Source of the DNA: an uncultured Actinomycetes bacterium | Lineage (GTDB): Bacteria > Actinomycetota > UBA4738 > HRBIN12 | Assembly (NCBI GenBank): GCA_963695975.1 | Contig: CAVOIB010000006.1 | Location: 20,482 to 84,481 of the forward strand | Reading direction: 5' to 3' | Length of the DNA: 64,000 bases | Shown here: positions 55,053 through 64,000 of the stretch, piece by piece | How the letters are laid out: each line of letters starts with the position of its first letter | Position numbering within the stretch: the stretch's first letter is position 1 | Translations under genes and position numbers: made by a program | Notes under the pieces: generated by a model | What the model saw: only the letters and a program-made list of their open reading frames with translations | Databases searched by the model: none | Told to the model about the DNA's origin: nothing

Positions 55053-56206
55053 ACTTCGATCTCACCCCCGAGCAAGAGGAGTTCCGCAGGGTCGTCCGAG
55101 AGTTCGCGGACGAGGTCGTCGCGCCGCAGGCGGCCGACGCGGACCGAGAGGAGCGGTTCCCGCTCGACGTCGTGAAGCGGATGGGCACGCTCGGGCTCTT
55201 CGGTCTCCCGTTCCCCCAAGAGTACGGCGGCTCGGACGCTGATGCGATCACGCTCTGCCTGGCGATCGAGGAACTCGGACGCATCGACCAGTCCGTCGGC
55301 ATCACCCTTTCCGCGGCGGTCGGTTTGGCCGGCACGATGATCCACCGTTTCGGCACGAGTGAGCAGAAGGAGCGCTGGCTCGCCCCCCTCTGCCGGGGCG
55401 AGGCACTTGGTTCCTTCGCCCTCACCGAGCCGGATGCGGGTACCGACGCCGCGGCAGCCCGTACCACCGCTCGCCTGGAACGTGACGAGTGGGTGATCGA
55501 CGGCGCGAAGGCGCTCATCACGAACAGCGGCACGCCGCTCACGACCTTCCACGTGGTCGCCGCGGCAACCGAACCGGGCGGCGGACCCAAGGGGCTCTCG
55601 ACGATCGTTGCCCCAGCCGACACGCCAGGCGTCGTCGTGGAGCCGTCCTACCGCAAGCTCGGCTGGCATGCCAGCGACACGCACGGGCTCACGTTCGAAG
55701 GCTGCCGCGTCCCGGCGGACCACCTGCTCGGCGAGCGGGGCCGCGGCTTCCCGCAATGCCTGGAGATCCTCACGGGTGCGCGCATCTCGATCGCCGCCCT
55801 CGCCGTCGGCCTCGCGCAGGCCTGCTTGGATGCGAGCGTGGCGTACGCCAAGGAGCGCGAGGCGTTCGGCCGGCCCATCGGTTCGAACCAAGGCGTGCAG
55901 TTCACGATCGCCAACATGCGGACGAGAGTTGAGACAGCGCGCCTGGCGACCTACCACGCCGCGTGGCTGAAAGATCAGGAGCGGCCGCACCTCGCCGAGG
56001 CCTCGCTCGCGAAGCTCGTCTCCAGCGAGGCGGCCGTCGACTGTGCGCGCGACGCCATCCAGATCCACGGCGGGGCAGGTTTCATCGAAGAGTCACCCGT
56101 GGCGCGCTTCTACCGTGATGCGAAGGTCCTCGAGATCGGGGAGGGAACGAGCGAGATCCACCGGTTGATCCTCGCGCGCGACCTCGGTCTGCCGGACACG
56201 TTCTGA
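55049..56206 (+). CDS. Acyl-CoA dehydrogenase
   Basis: FALTEPDAGTD, R.AFGRPI..NQ, IQIHGGAGF, IGEGTSEI. Confidence 0.93.
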   Translation: MNFDLTPEQEEFRRVVREFADEVVAPQAADADREERFPLDVVKRMGTLGLFGLPFPQEYGGSDADAITLCLAIEELGRIDQSVGITLSAAVGLAGTMIHRFGTSEQKERWLAPLCRGEALGSFALTEPDAGTDAAAARTTARLERDEWVIDGAKALITNSGTPLTTFHVVAAATEPGGGPKGLSTIVAPADTPGVVVEPSYRKLGWHASDTHGLTFEGCRVPADHLLGERGRGFPQCLEILTGARISIAALAVGLAQACLDASVAYAKEREAFGRPIGSNQGVQFTIANMRTRVETARLATYHAAWLKDQERPHLAEASLAKLVSSEAAVDCARDAIQIHGGAGFIEESPVARFYRDAKVLEIGEGTSEIHRLILARDLGLPDTF

Positions 56207-56212
56207 GTACCG

Positions 56213-56764
56213 ATGCCCGAGGGCAGGTACACGGTCATCGGCAAGGACGGGGAGCCGGTGGGCACCGAGGTCTTCCGCTGCGCGCCTGGCCCGATGGGCT
56301 GGCGCTATTTCTCCGAGATCGACACGGCCGAGCACGGCCAACACCACGAGACCGTCGACGTCGTCGTCGACGAAGACTGGCGGATCGTCCGCCTTCGGAT
56401 CGATACCGGTGAGCACCGAGTGTTGATGGAGCCGACCGACGACGAGCATCTCGACTACCTCACTCCGGCGACCAACCTGATCACGACGAAGCGACTTGCC
56501 GACACGACCGACATCGACGTCATCTTCATCGAGCCGTTCTCGCTGGAGCAGACGCGCGACCGTCAGCGCTACGAACCAAGGGGTCCCGAGGTGGTGGAGA
56601 CGCCGGTCGGTCGGTTCAACGCTCTCCGATGGACGTACACATCGCTCGAGAGCGGCTGGACCTCGGACCTGTGGGTCGCGGGCGACGTCGTCGTCCGTTA
56701 CGACCACATCTTCGAGCTGGTGGCGTACGACCCGGGGGCGAGCGGGCCGCGCACGCTCTCTTGA
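56213..56764 (+). CDS. Hypothetical beta-rich protein (putative glycolipid-binding-like)
   Basis: Co-oriented ORF with typical composition; TPATNLITTKRL, QRYE motifs. Confidence 0.6.
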   Translation: MPEGRYTVIGKDGEPVGTEVFRCAPGPMGWRYFSEIDTAEHGQHHETVDVVVDEDWRIVRLRIDTGEHRVLMEPTDDEHLDYLTPATNLITTKRLADTTDIDVIFIEPFSLEQTRDRQRYEPRGPEVVETPVGRFNALRWTYTSLESGWTSDLWVAGDVVVRYDHIFELVAYDPGASGPRTLS

Positions 56765-56771
56765 GGTTGCG

Positions 56772-56806
56772 GAACGGCCGGCCCCACGGGCACGGGCCGG
56801 CCGTTC
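56772..56806. terminator. Stem-loop between convergent genes (likely bidirectional terminator)
   Basis: GAACGGCCGGCCC-9 nt-GGGCCGGCCGTTC perfect 13-bp stem. Confidence 0.75.
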
Positions 56807-56828
56807 GAGCCGAAGCGGAGAGGGGGTC

Positions 56829-57395
56829 TTACTCCGACTTCAGCAGCTCCACCTCGATCTCGAGGTCGACCTTCTTGCCCAGCAGCATGCCGCCGGTCTC
56901 GAGGGCCGCATTCCACGTGATGTCCCAGGCCTCACGGTCGACCGTGGTCTTCGCAGAGAATCCCAACACCGAGGCGCCCTGGGGGTTCACGGTCATCCCG
57001 GCGAACTCCCCGGCGAGCGTCACGGGCTTCGTGATCCCACGGATCGTGAGGTCCCCGTCCAGCTCGAACGCGTTGGCGCCGGTCGGACGCGCCTCCGTGC
57101 TGCGGAACGTGATCGTCGGGTACTCGTCCGTCAGGAAGAAGTCCCCGCTCTTGAGGTGGTTGTCCCGCATCTCCTGGTTCGTGTTCACGCTCGCGGCAAC
57201 GATGTCGACCTTGGCCGACGAGTCCTCGGGACCCTCGCCGATCACGACCTCGCCTCTGAACTCCGTGAACCGACCGCGCGCCTTCGAGAGCAGGTGGCGA
57301 ACCACGAACTCCACCGAGGAATGCGCCTGGTCGACCGTGTACGTCCCCGCGGGCGGGAGCTCGATGCCCTCGATCGTCCTGACTGCCTGTGCCAT
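56829..57395 (-). CDS. yceI: YceI family polyisoprenoid-binding protein
   Basis: YTVDQAHSSVEFVVRH, RDNHLKSGDFF, GDLTIRGITKPV. Confidence 0.92.
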   Translation of the reverse strand: MAQAVRTIEGIELPPAGTYTVDQAHSSVEFVVRHLLSKARGRFTEFRGEVVIGEGPEDSSAKVDIVAASVNTNQEMRDNHLKSGDFFLTDEYPTITFRSTEARPTGANAFELDGDLTIRGITKPVTLAGEFAGMTVNPQGASVLGFSAKTTVDREAWDITWNAALETGGMLLGKKVDLEIEVELLKSE

Positions 57396-57512
57396 CCGGT
57401 GCCTCCTTGTCGCTCCTGGCCGTCGCCCCTGCGTTGGCCGCCTACGCAGGTACTAACATAGGAATAGTTACCCAGTATTCCGGAGTTACTGAAGATATAT
57501 GATGAGGTTCGC

Positions 57513-57854
57513 ATGACACCGGAGAACGAGCACGTAGACGGCATCTGCCAGCACTTCCAGCGTGCCGCCGACCTGCTCGGCAAGCGCTGGAGCACCCTGA
57601 TCGTGAGCGCCATGATGGCCGGAGCCACGAGGTTCTCCGACATCGGCGACGCGGTGGCGCCCATCTCCGACACCCTGCTTTCCGAACGGCTCAAGCAGCT
57701 GGAGGCCGAGGGCATAGTCCGCCGGGACGTGACGCCGTCCACGCCGGTGCTGATCGAGTACCACCTCACGGATGAGGGCCGGGATCTCGAGCGCGTGATC
57801 GACGAGCTCCGCCGCTGGGCCGAACGCTGGGCTGACGCCCCGGCCACTCGCTGA
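57513..57854 (+). CDS. HxlR family winged-helix regulator
   Basis: C..FQRAADLLGKRWS, RFSDI, LSERLKQLE, EYHLT. Confidence 0.92.
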   Translation: MTPENEHVDGICQHFQRAADLLGKRWSTLIVSAMMAGATRFSDIGDAVAPISDTLLSERLKQLEAEGIVRRDVTPSTPVLIEYHLTDEGRDLERVIDELRRWAERWADAPATR

Positions 57855-57870
57855 CGCCAAGACCTCGGGA

Positions 57871-58752
57871 TCAGGCCTCGATACCACGCAGGTATTCGGC
57901 CACGGCGCTCAGATCGCGCCCTTCGAACCCCGCTGCGAGCGCTTGGCCGACCGTCTTCCGGTTCTGCGCCGCCTGGTCCATCCGCGCGCCGACCTCTCGG
58001 GCGAGGTCCAAGATCAGATCGAGGTCTTTCGCCATCAGCTCGAGCAGGAACGCCGGGGGGGTCTCATCCGGATGCTCGAACGCGGGACGCTTGTACAAAA
58101 CGAACGGCGCGGCGGCCGCACCCGCGGCGAAGACGTCGTAGGCCGCGCTCCGCTCGACCCCGGCCTTCTCCGCCAGGACCAGGGCCTCGGACAAGCCCAC
58201 GTCGATCGCGTGGACCAGAGCGTTCACCGCCAACTTGACCGTTGCGCCCGCGCCGCGCTCACCGACGTGGAATACCTTGACCGCGAGTGCATCGAGGACG
58301 GGCCGAGCCCGCTCGAGCGCCGCAGCGTCGCCGCCGACCATGATCGTCAGCTCGCCCCGTTCGACGACGGGCACACTCCCCGACACCGGGGCGTCCAGGA
58401 AGGCAGCGCCCCACGGGTCCACCGCCTCCCCAACGCGATGGACGGTGTCCGGCGCGATCGTGCTCATCTCGAGGATCACCTGACCCGACCGAGAGGCGGC
58501 CGCGGCCCCGTCGTCGCCGAGATAGGCCGCCAGCACGGCCGCATCGTCCGCCAGGCTGCTCAGCACCACGTCGGCGCCTTCGACCGCCGCCGCCGCGGTG
58601 GGCACCGACGCCGCCCCGTGCGCCGAAGCGACGGCCTCCGCGCGCGCGGACGTGCGGTTCCACACGATGACGTCGAACCCGGCACGCCGCAGCGTCCCCA
58701 CCATGGCTCCCGCCATGTTCCCCGCGCCTAGCACCGCGACGCCGGGAGTCAC
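57871..58752 (-). CDS. 3-hydroxyisobutyrate/tartronate semialdehyde dehydrogenase family oxidoreductase
   Basis: LGAGNMA, WNRT, EMSTI, LDAPVSGS, MVGG, VKLAVN. Confidence 0.9.
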   Translation of the reverse strand: MTPGVAVLGAGNMAGAMVGTLRRAGFDVIVWNRTSARAEAVASAHGAASVPTAAAAVEGADVVLSSLADDAAVLAAYLGDDGAAAASRSGQVILEMSTIAPDTVHRVGEAVDPWGAAFLDAPVSGSVPVVERGELTIMVGGDAAALERARPVLDALAVKVFHVGERGAGATVKLAVNALVHAIDVGLSEALVLAEKAGVERSAAYDVFAAGAAAAPFVLYKRPAFEHPDETPPAFLLELMAKDLDLILDLAREVGARMDQAAQNRKTVGQALAAGFEGRDLSAVAEYLRGIEA

Positions 58753-59447
58753 GTGAGCGACCAGCCCCCGTCGATACGGAGCTCGGTCCCGTGCATCGAG
58801 GGGTTCTCCAGCAGGAACACCGCCGCGTCGGTGACGTCGCGCATCTGGACCAGACGACCGGTGGGCGTCTTGGCGAGCGTGGCCTCGAGCGCCTCCGTCT
58901 TCGGCGCCCAGAAAGGACTGTCCGCCACGATCCCGGGATGCAAGGCGTTCACGCGGATCGGTGGCAGCTCCGCCGCCAACGTCCGAACCAACCCGTCAAC
59001 GCCGTGGTTGATCGTCGTGATGGTCGTGGAGCCGGGGTACGGACGGAGCTTGGCGAGCCCGCCGTAGATCACGATCGAGGCATCCGGCGTGAGCCGGCCG
59101 AGCAGCCTGTGGATCGTCTCGATGTACCCGACGAGCTTCAACGTGACGAGCCGGATCGCCTTCGCCACGTCGTAGTCGGCGACGCTGTTCAGGTCGCGGT
59201 CGAGGGCGGCGAGCGCGAGCCGGTCGACGGAGCCGATCGCTTCCAGTCCGGCCGCGATCGTCTCAGGCTCGGAGAGATCGAACGCGGCGCTGCCGACGTC
59301 GTCGCCGAGCTCGGCCGCCACATCGGAGGCGCGTTCCGCGTCCCGCCCCGTGATCACCACCCGGCGGCCGGCCTCCGCGTAATGGCGGGCAAGGTCCCGG
59401 CCGAGCCCTTGGGTCCCGCCGACCACCAAGACCGTGTGCTCATCCAT
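58749..59447 (-). CDS. Short-chain dehydrogenase/reductase (atypical active site)
   Basis: VVGGTQGLG, IRVNALHPG, IDGG; no canonical YxxxK. Confidence 0.88.
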   Translation of the reverse strand: MDEHTVLVVGGTQGLGRDLARHYAEAGRRVVITGRDAERASDVAAELGDDVGSAAFDLSEPETIAAGLEAIGSVDRLALAALDRDLNSVADYDVAKAIRLVTLKLVGYIETIHRLLGRLTPDASIVIYGGLAKLRPYPGSTTITTINHGVDGLVRTLAAELPPIRVNALHPGIVADSPFWAPKTEALEATLAKTPTGRLVQMRDVTDAAVFLLENPSMHGTELRIDGGWSLT

Positions 59448-59453
59448 CCGCGT

Positions 59454-60347
59454 TCATCCTTCCTCCGAGGTCGCGACCGTCAGGTACTCCCAGTCGCGGG
59501 CGAACCGGTACGAATGGCGCGAGGGCGGCTGCGGCGCCTGCGTCTCGAGCCACCGGACGATCCCGGGTCCCGGGTTCATGAACGCATGTACGCAGCCCAC
59601 GCCCGCCCACGCCACGTCGCCGGGCACCAGGTGGTACCGCTCGCCGTCGAACTCGGCGTCGACCTCCCCCTCGAGGATCAAGTAAGTCTCCTCGTACGCA
59701 TGGTCATGACGCCCGGCGACCCCGCGCGGCTCGTACTGCACCATGAACATCGTGAGCAGGTGAGCGCCCAGATCGGCATCGATCATCATCTTCACGGTGA
59801 TGCCGCTGTAGACGAGCAGCGCCGTGCGCATGCTGGCTGAGACCGCGAGCATGTCCTGCGTCTGCTTGCCGACCTCCATGTTCGCCGGGTCGATGTGCCC
59901 GAACGACCGCGTCCGGGGGTCGCGCACGTCGATCGCGACCGGCTCGCGCTCGGGAAGCGCCGGAACGGGATACGTGTCGCCCTGCACCCGCGCACGCGGC
60001 TGCGGCGCCACCATCTGCGCCCATCGGACGGGAGCGTCGGAGACGTTGCGGAGCGCGTGCGGCGCTCCGACCGGGGTCACGCCGTAATCGCTGGGGCGAA
60101 GCAGGTTCGCACCCTCGCCCGTGTCGACGACGACCTCGCCTTCCAGGACGAACAGGCTGTCCTCGAAGCTGTGCACATGCCACGGGATCCGGCCGCCGGC
60201 GTCCAGCTCGACGATGGTGAACCCGGTGTGGACGGCGCCGGGGAGGTGTTCGTCGATCACCGACCAACGCCGCAGGCCCATCGCGGGAGCGGGCGCCGCA
60301 ACGAACTGGAGCTCGCTCGCGGTGCGGACGACGTGTCGTGAGCTCAC
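59454..60347 (-). CDS. Bicupin protein
   Basis: Two cupin motifs: WHVHSFED..FVLEGE...H and HDHAYEETYLILEGE...CVH. Confidence 0.88.
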   Translation of the reverse strand: MSSRHVVRTASELQFVAAPAPAMGLRRWSVIDEHLPGAVHTGFTIVELDAGGRIPWHVHSFEDSLFVLEGEVVVDTGEGANLLRPSDYGVTPVGAPHALRNVSDAPVRWAQMVAPQPRARVQGDTYPVPALPEREPVAIDVRDPRTRSFGHIDPANMEVGKQTQDMLAVSASMRTALLVYSGITVKMMIDADLGAHLLTMFMVQYEPRGVAGRHDHAYEETYLILEGEVDAEFDGERYHLVPGDVAWAGVGCVHAFMNPGPGIVRWLETQAPQPPSRHSYRFARDWEYLTVATSEEG

Positions 60348-61708
60348 GAGGGCGGCGCCTCTGTCTTCTTCTTCGCGAGCGCCTCCTGCAGGAAGTCACT
60401 CGACGCGAGGAGCTTCTTCAGCGCCGATCCCCAATCCCCCGTTAGCTTGCCGTCGCGCTTGCGGATCGCGCCGCCGACGATCACCGTGTCGACGTTCGCC
60501 GTATCGGCCGCAAGCACGACGGTCCCGACCGGGTCGATCACCGGCGCCGTCCCCGGGGCGGTCCCGTCGATCACGACGATGTCGGCCTGCTTCCCGGGCG
60601 TGAGCGAACCGACGCGATCCTCCAACCCGGCCACGTGCGCGCCGTCGAGCGTCGCCATCGTGAGCATGTCGCGAGCCGTAAGGGCGTTCTCGGGCAGCGG
60701 CTCCTCGCTTTCCCACACGGAGTCGTTCGACTTCCAGCGATCTTCGGCGAACGCGCACCGCATCTCCGTGAACATGTCGCCGGGGACCGTGGTAACGACG
60801 TCGATCGACAGGCTCGGGCGGAGCCCGGCAGCTCTCGCCTTCATGAACGGCGGCCAGCCGTGCCCCATCTGCATCTCTACCTGGGGCGCGATCGAGATCG
60901 TGCCCTTGCTCTTGGCGACCAGCTCCCACTCCTCGTCCGAGAAGTAGCAGCAGTGGATGTAGGTCGTATCGGCGCCGAGTAGACCCAGCCCGTCGAGCTG
61001 CTTGACCATGCCCCACTTACCGGCAAGTTTCCCCATCGCGATGTGCACGGTGATCGGGATCCCAAGATCGCGGGCCATGCCCCACTCTTCGCGGACCACG
61101 TCGTCCTGGCAGAACCCGGGCCCGCGCGTGGCCAGCCCCATGGTGAGCAGGCCGTCGTTCGACGAGAAGTAGGTCGAGTGGATCCGCTCCACGTCGTCCC
61201 GCGGGATCGCGATCGAACTGCCGTACCAGTAGTCGACGAGCGAGGTGTTCGCGCTGCCGTAGGCGTAGAGCGCGCGGATCCCGGCCTCCTTCAAGCCCTG
61301 GATCGCCGCGTCGGGGTGGTCAGGGCTGTTGTTGATGTGCGACCAGTCGACGAGCGTCGTGATGCCGGCGTTGAGGCATTCCATCGCTCCCGCAAGGTCG
61401 CTGGCGTAGACGTCCTCGGGTCGGTACAGCGGGGCGAAGCTGTCGAGCACCTCGACGAAGTAGTCATCCAGCGTGGCGTTCGGCGCACAGCTGCGGATCG
61501 CCGCCTCCCACGTGTGACGGTGCGTGTCCACGAACCCTGGGATCACGATGCTCCCAGTGCAATCGATCACCTTGGCGTCGGCGGAGATGTCCTTGCCGAC
61601 CTGGACGATGGCCTCACCTTCGATGAGAACGTCGCCTCCGGCGATGTCCCCGAGCTGCGGATCCACGGTGAGCACATGGCCACCTCGTAGCAGGATCCGA
61701 TCCGCCAT
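60344..61708 (-). CDS. Metal-dependent amidohydrolase (deaminase/AtzA-like)
   Basis: PGFVDTHRHTW, TVHI, YIHC, SID, GSLTPGKQAD. Confidence 0.9.
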   Translation of the reverse strand: MADRILLRGGHVLTVDPQLGDIAGGDVLIEGEAIVQVGKDISADAKVIDCTGSIVIPGFVDTHRHTWEAAIRSCAPNATLDDYFVEVLDSFAPLYRPEDVYASDLAGAMECLNAGITTLVDWSHINNSPDHPDAAIQGLKEAGIRALYAYGSANTSLVDYWYGSSIAIPRDDVERIHSTYFSSNDGLLTMGLATRGPGFCQDDVVREEWGMARDLGIPITVHIAMGKLAGKWGMVKQLDGLGLLGADTTYIHCCYFSDEEWELVAKSKGTISIAPQVEMQMGHGWPPFMKARAAGLRPSLSIDVVTTVPGDMFTEMRCAFAEDRWKSNDSVWESEEPLPENALTARDMLTMATLDGAHVAGLEDRVGSLTPGKQADIVVIDGTAPGTAPVIDPVGTVVLAADTANVDTVIVGGAIRKRDGKLTGDWGSALKKLLASSDFLQEALAKKKTEAPPS

Positions 61709-61733
61709 GTTCTCCCCCTCCTTCCCTCTTCTC

Positions 61734-62708
61734 TCAGCTCACAGCGCGCCGAACACCCTCGACGATCCGATCCACGGACGGGATCGCGGCATCCTCGAGC
61801 ACCTCGGCGGCAGGTAACGGGATGTGCGGCGTCGTCACACGAACGATCGGTCCGTCGAGCGAGAAGAACCCCTCCTCTGCGACGATCGACGAGATCTCCG
61901 CTCCCCAGCCGCACAGACGCGGGTTCTCCTCGACGGTGACGAGGTGGCTGGTCCTGCCGACTGAGTCCAAGATCATGCTCACATCGAGCGGCACCAGCGA
62001 ACGGACGTCGATGACCTCGGCCGAGATGCCTTCGCCGGTCAGCAGTTCGGCGGCGGCGAGTGTCTTGGGGACCATGGCCCCGAGTGCGCAGATCGTTGCA
62101 TCGTCACCTGAGCGGAGCACCCGAGCGCTCCCGAGCTGATCCACGATCTCCCCGTCGGGAACATCACCTTTGGTCGAGTAGAGCACCTTCGGCTCGACGA
62201 CGATCACGGGATCCGGATCACGGACCGCGGCGGCGAACAGGCCGATCATGTCGGCCGGCGTGGACGGGACCACGACCTTCAGGCCGGGGATCGCCATCAT
62301 CCATGACTCCACGCTCTGCGAGTGCTGCGCGCCGAACCGTACACCGCCGCCGTTCGCGGTCCGGATCACCAGTGGCAGCGCGACCTGCCCGTTGGTCATG
62401 TACCTGGTCTTCGCGATCTGGTTCGCCACGATGTCCCAACAGACGGCGAAGAAGTCGCTGAACATCAGCTCGGCGATCGGGCGCAGGCCGTTCATCGCCG
62501 CACCCATCGCGGCACCGATGATCGCCTGCTCGCTGATGGGCGTGTCTCGCACACGGTCGGGGCCGAACCGATCAAGGAGTCCCTCGGTCGTCTTGAACAC
62601 ACCGCCGGCCGCCGCGACGTCTTCGCCGATGAAGCAGACGGTCGGGTCGCGCTCCATCTCCTGCGCGATCGCGCGCGCGACGGCCTCGCGGTAGGTCAGC
62701 TCCGCCAC
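61734..62708 (-). CDS. TPP-dependent 2-oxoacid/acetoin dehydrogenase E1 beta subunit
   Basis: GEDV..AGG.F, DTPISE, GAQHSQS, DVRSLVPLD. Confidence 0.92.
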   Translation of the reverse strand: MAELTYREAVARAIAQEMERDPTVCFIGEDVAAAGGVFKTTEGLLDRFGPDRVRDTPISEQAIIGAAMGAAMNGLRPIAELMFSDFFAVCWDIVANQIAKTRYMTNGQVALPLVIRTANGGGVRFGAQHSQSVESWMMAIPGLKVVVPSTPADMIGLFAAAVRDPDPVIVVEPKVLYSTKGDVPDGEIVDQLGSARVLRSGDDATICALGAMVPKTLAAAELLTGEGISAEVIDVRSLVPLDVSMILDSVGRTSHLVTVEENPRLCGWGAEISSIVAEEGFFSLDGPIVRVTTPHIPLPAAEVLEDAAIPSVDRIVEGVRRAVS

Positions 62709-63694
62709 GCGGATCCCCCGTCGGCCCACAGCTGCGTGTCGAGCGAGGCCACATCCGGCAGCGGTCCGGCTTTCGCCTCCTCCGTCGCACGCTCGACGGC
62801 CGCGATGACCTCGGCGTCGATCTCGTCCAGGACACCGGCCTCGATGCCTTCGCCAAGCAAGCGTTCTCGGTACATGGGGATCGGGTCCCGTCCCAGCCAC
62901 TCGGCCACCTCGTCGTCGGGCCGATACTTCCCGGGATCGGCGCGCGAGTGGCCGCCGTGGCGGTACGTCACGGCCTCCACCAGCGAGGGGCCGTCGCCGG
63001 CGCGCGCCCGATCGACCGCACGGCGCGCTGTCGCGTGTACGTCGTCGGGATCGTTGCCGTCGACCAGGATCCGCTCCAGGCCGTATGCGGCGGCTCGATC
63101 GGCCGCCGGATGCTCCACGGCCGTCACGTCGCCGATCGCCGTGTACTCCATGTAGAGGTTGTTCTCGCAGACGTAGACGACCGGCAGCCGCCAGACGACG
63201 GCGAGGTTCAGCGCCTCGTGGAACGCCCCGATGTTCGTGGTCCCGTCACCGAAGAAGCAGACCGTGACCTGCCCGGTGCCGCGCGCCTGAGCGGCCCACG
63301 CCGCCCCAGCCGCGATCGGCATGTGCGCGCCGACGATCGCGTACGAACCCATCGCGCCGTGCACGACGTCGGTCAGGTGCATCGACCCGCCCTTGCCGCC
63401 ACACACGCCGTTCTCCCGGCCCATCAATTCGGCCATCAGCGCCCCCATCGACGCCCCGCGAAGCAGCGTGTGGACATGGCCACGGTACGTGCAGAACACC
63501 AGGTCCTTCGGCTCCAGGACGGAAGCGAATCCGGCGGCAACCGCCTCTTGGCCCAGCCCCAGGTGCGAGGTCCCCTTCACGAGACCCTCCAGGAACAGGT
63601 CGTGCGCCCGCTTCTCGAACAGGCGCCCCTCCTGCATCTTCCGGTAGATGTCGAGCCGGACGGCCGGGTCCGGCAGCATCGTTGTATCCGTCAT
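62696..63694 (-). CDS. TPP-dependent 2-oxoacid/acetoin dehydrogenase E1 alpha subunit
   Basis: HLGLGQEA, TYRGH, GKGGSMH, FGDG...ENN, TYRHGGHSRAD. Confidence 0.92.
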   Translation of the reverse strand: MTDTTMLPDPAVRLDIYRKMQEGRLFEKRAHDLFLEGLVKGTSHLGLGQEAVAAGFASVLEPKDLVFCTYRGHVHTLLRGASMGALMAELMGRENGVCGGKGGSMHLTDVVHGAMGSYAIVGAHMPIAAGAAWAAQARGTGQVTVCFFGDGTTNIGAFHEALNLAVVWRLPVVYVCENNLYMEYTAIGDVTAVEHPAADRAAAYGLERILVDGNDPDDVHATARRAVDRARAGDGPSLVEAVTYRHGGHSRADPGKYRPDDEVAEWLGRDPIPMYRERLLGEGIEAGVLDEIDAEVIAAVERATEEAKAGPLPDVASLDTQLWADGGSAWRS

Positions 63695-63725
63695 CGCCAG
63701 CCTCGGCGTCCGTCTGCGTCCATAC

Positions 63726-64000
63726 TCAGTACTCGTTCGCGACCATCAGCTCTTCGCACGGGAACAGCGTGATCACGCGGCACCCGTCCGCGGTGACGAC
63801 GACCTCTTCTTCGATCCGCGCCGCCGAGCGTCCGTCCGCGGCGGGGCAGTAGGTCTCCAGCGCGAACAGCATGCCTTCCTTGATCTCCAGCGGATCCACG
63901 AAGGAGTTCAGGCGCGTGATGATCGGGCGTTCGTGGAGGCTGACCCCGACCCCGTGGCCGAACTGGAGCCCGAAAGCATCCATCTCGTCTTGGAACCCGA
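63726..64000 (-). CDS. M24 (Xaa-Pro peptidase/creatinase) family protein, 5' end outside window
   Basis: GHGVGVSLHERP, GM.FALET, RIEEEVVVT. Confidence 0.85.
   Translation of the reverse strand, partial: GFQDEMDAFGLQFGHGVGVSLHERPIITRLNSFVDPLEIKEGMLFALETYCPAADGRSAARIEEEVVVTADGCRVITLFPCEELMVANEY

Overview
High-GC (~70%) gene-dense chromosomal segment whose gene content fits a soil-type, probably uncultured Actinomycetota. The core is a molybdo-hydroxylase region. It has a form I aerobic CO dehydrogenase operon (coxM-coxS-coxL[AYRCSFR]-xdhC/coxF+YHS-coxG-mocA-like) head-to-head with a form II/CoxL-like S-L-M operon (AYRGAGR), plus an XdhC gene between them and distant, separated coxD and coxE. 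Other blocks: a split glcDE...glcF with mgsA; an ECF42-type sigma/YciI pair with its promoter; a MerR gene with a 19-bp-spacer promoter and a possible internal start; a TetR-ClC/HdeD/YihY membrane block; a LuxR-AAA regulator with DUF1326/DUF2182; a crenarchaeal-type pair of Cys-less thiolase-like genes with DUF35 proteins; and a peptidase/TPP-E1/amidohydrolase/bicupin/SDR catabolic operon running off the end. The most unusual non-gene signal is at 11.8-12.5 kb. A decayed comM/YifB fragment begins exactly at its Walker B codons and is joined to a ~29-bp sequence that recurs 539 bp away, bracketing a cupin gene like an att-flanked cassette. I recognised no rRNA, tRNA, CRISPR array, integrase or transposase. 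All calls come from reading motifs by eye; no database searches were run.
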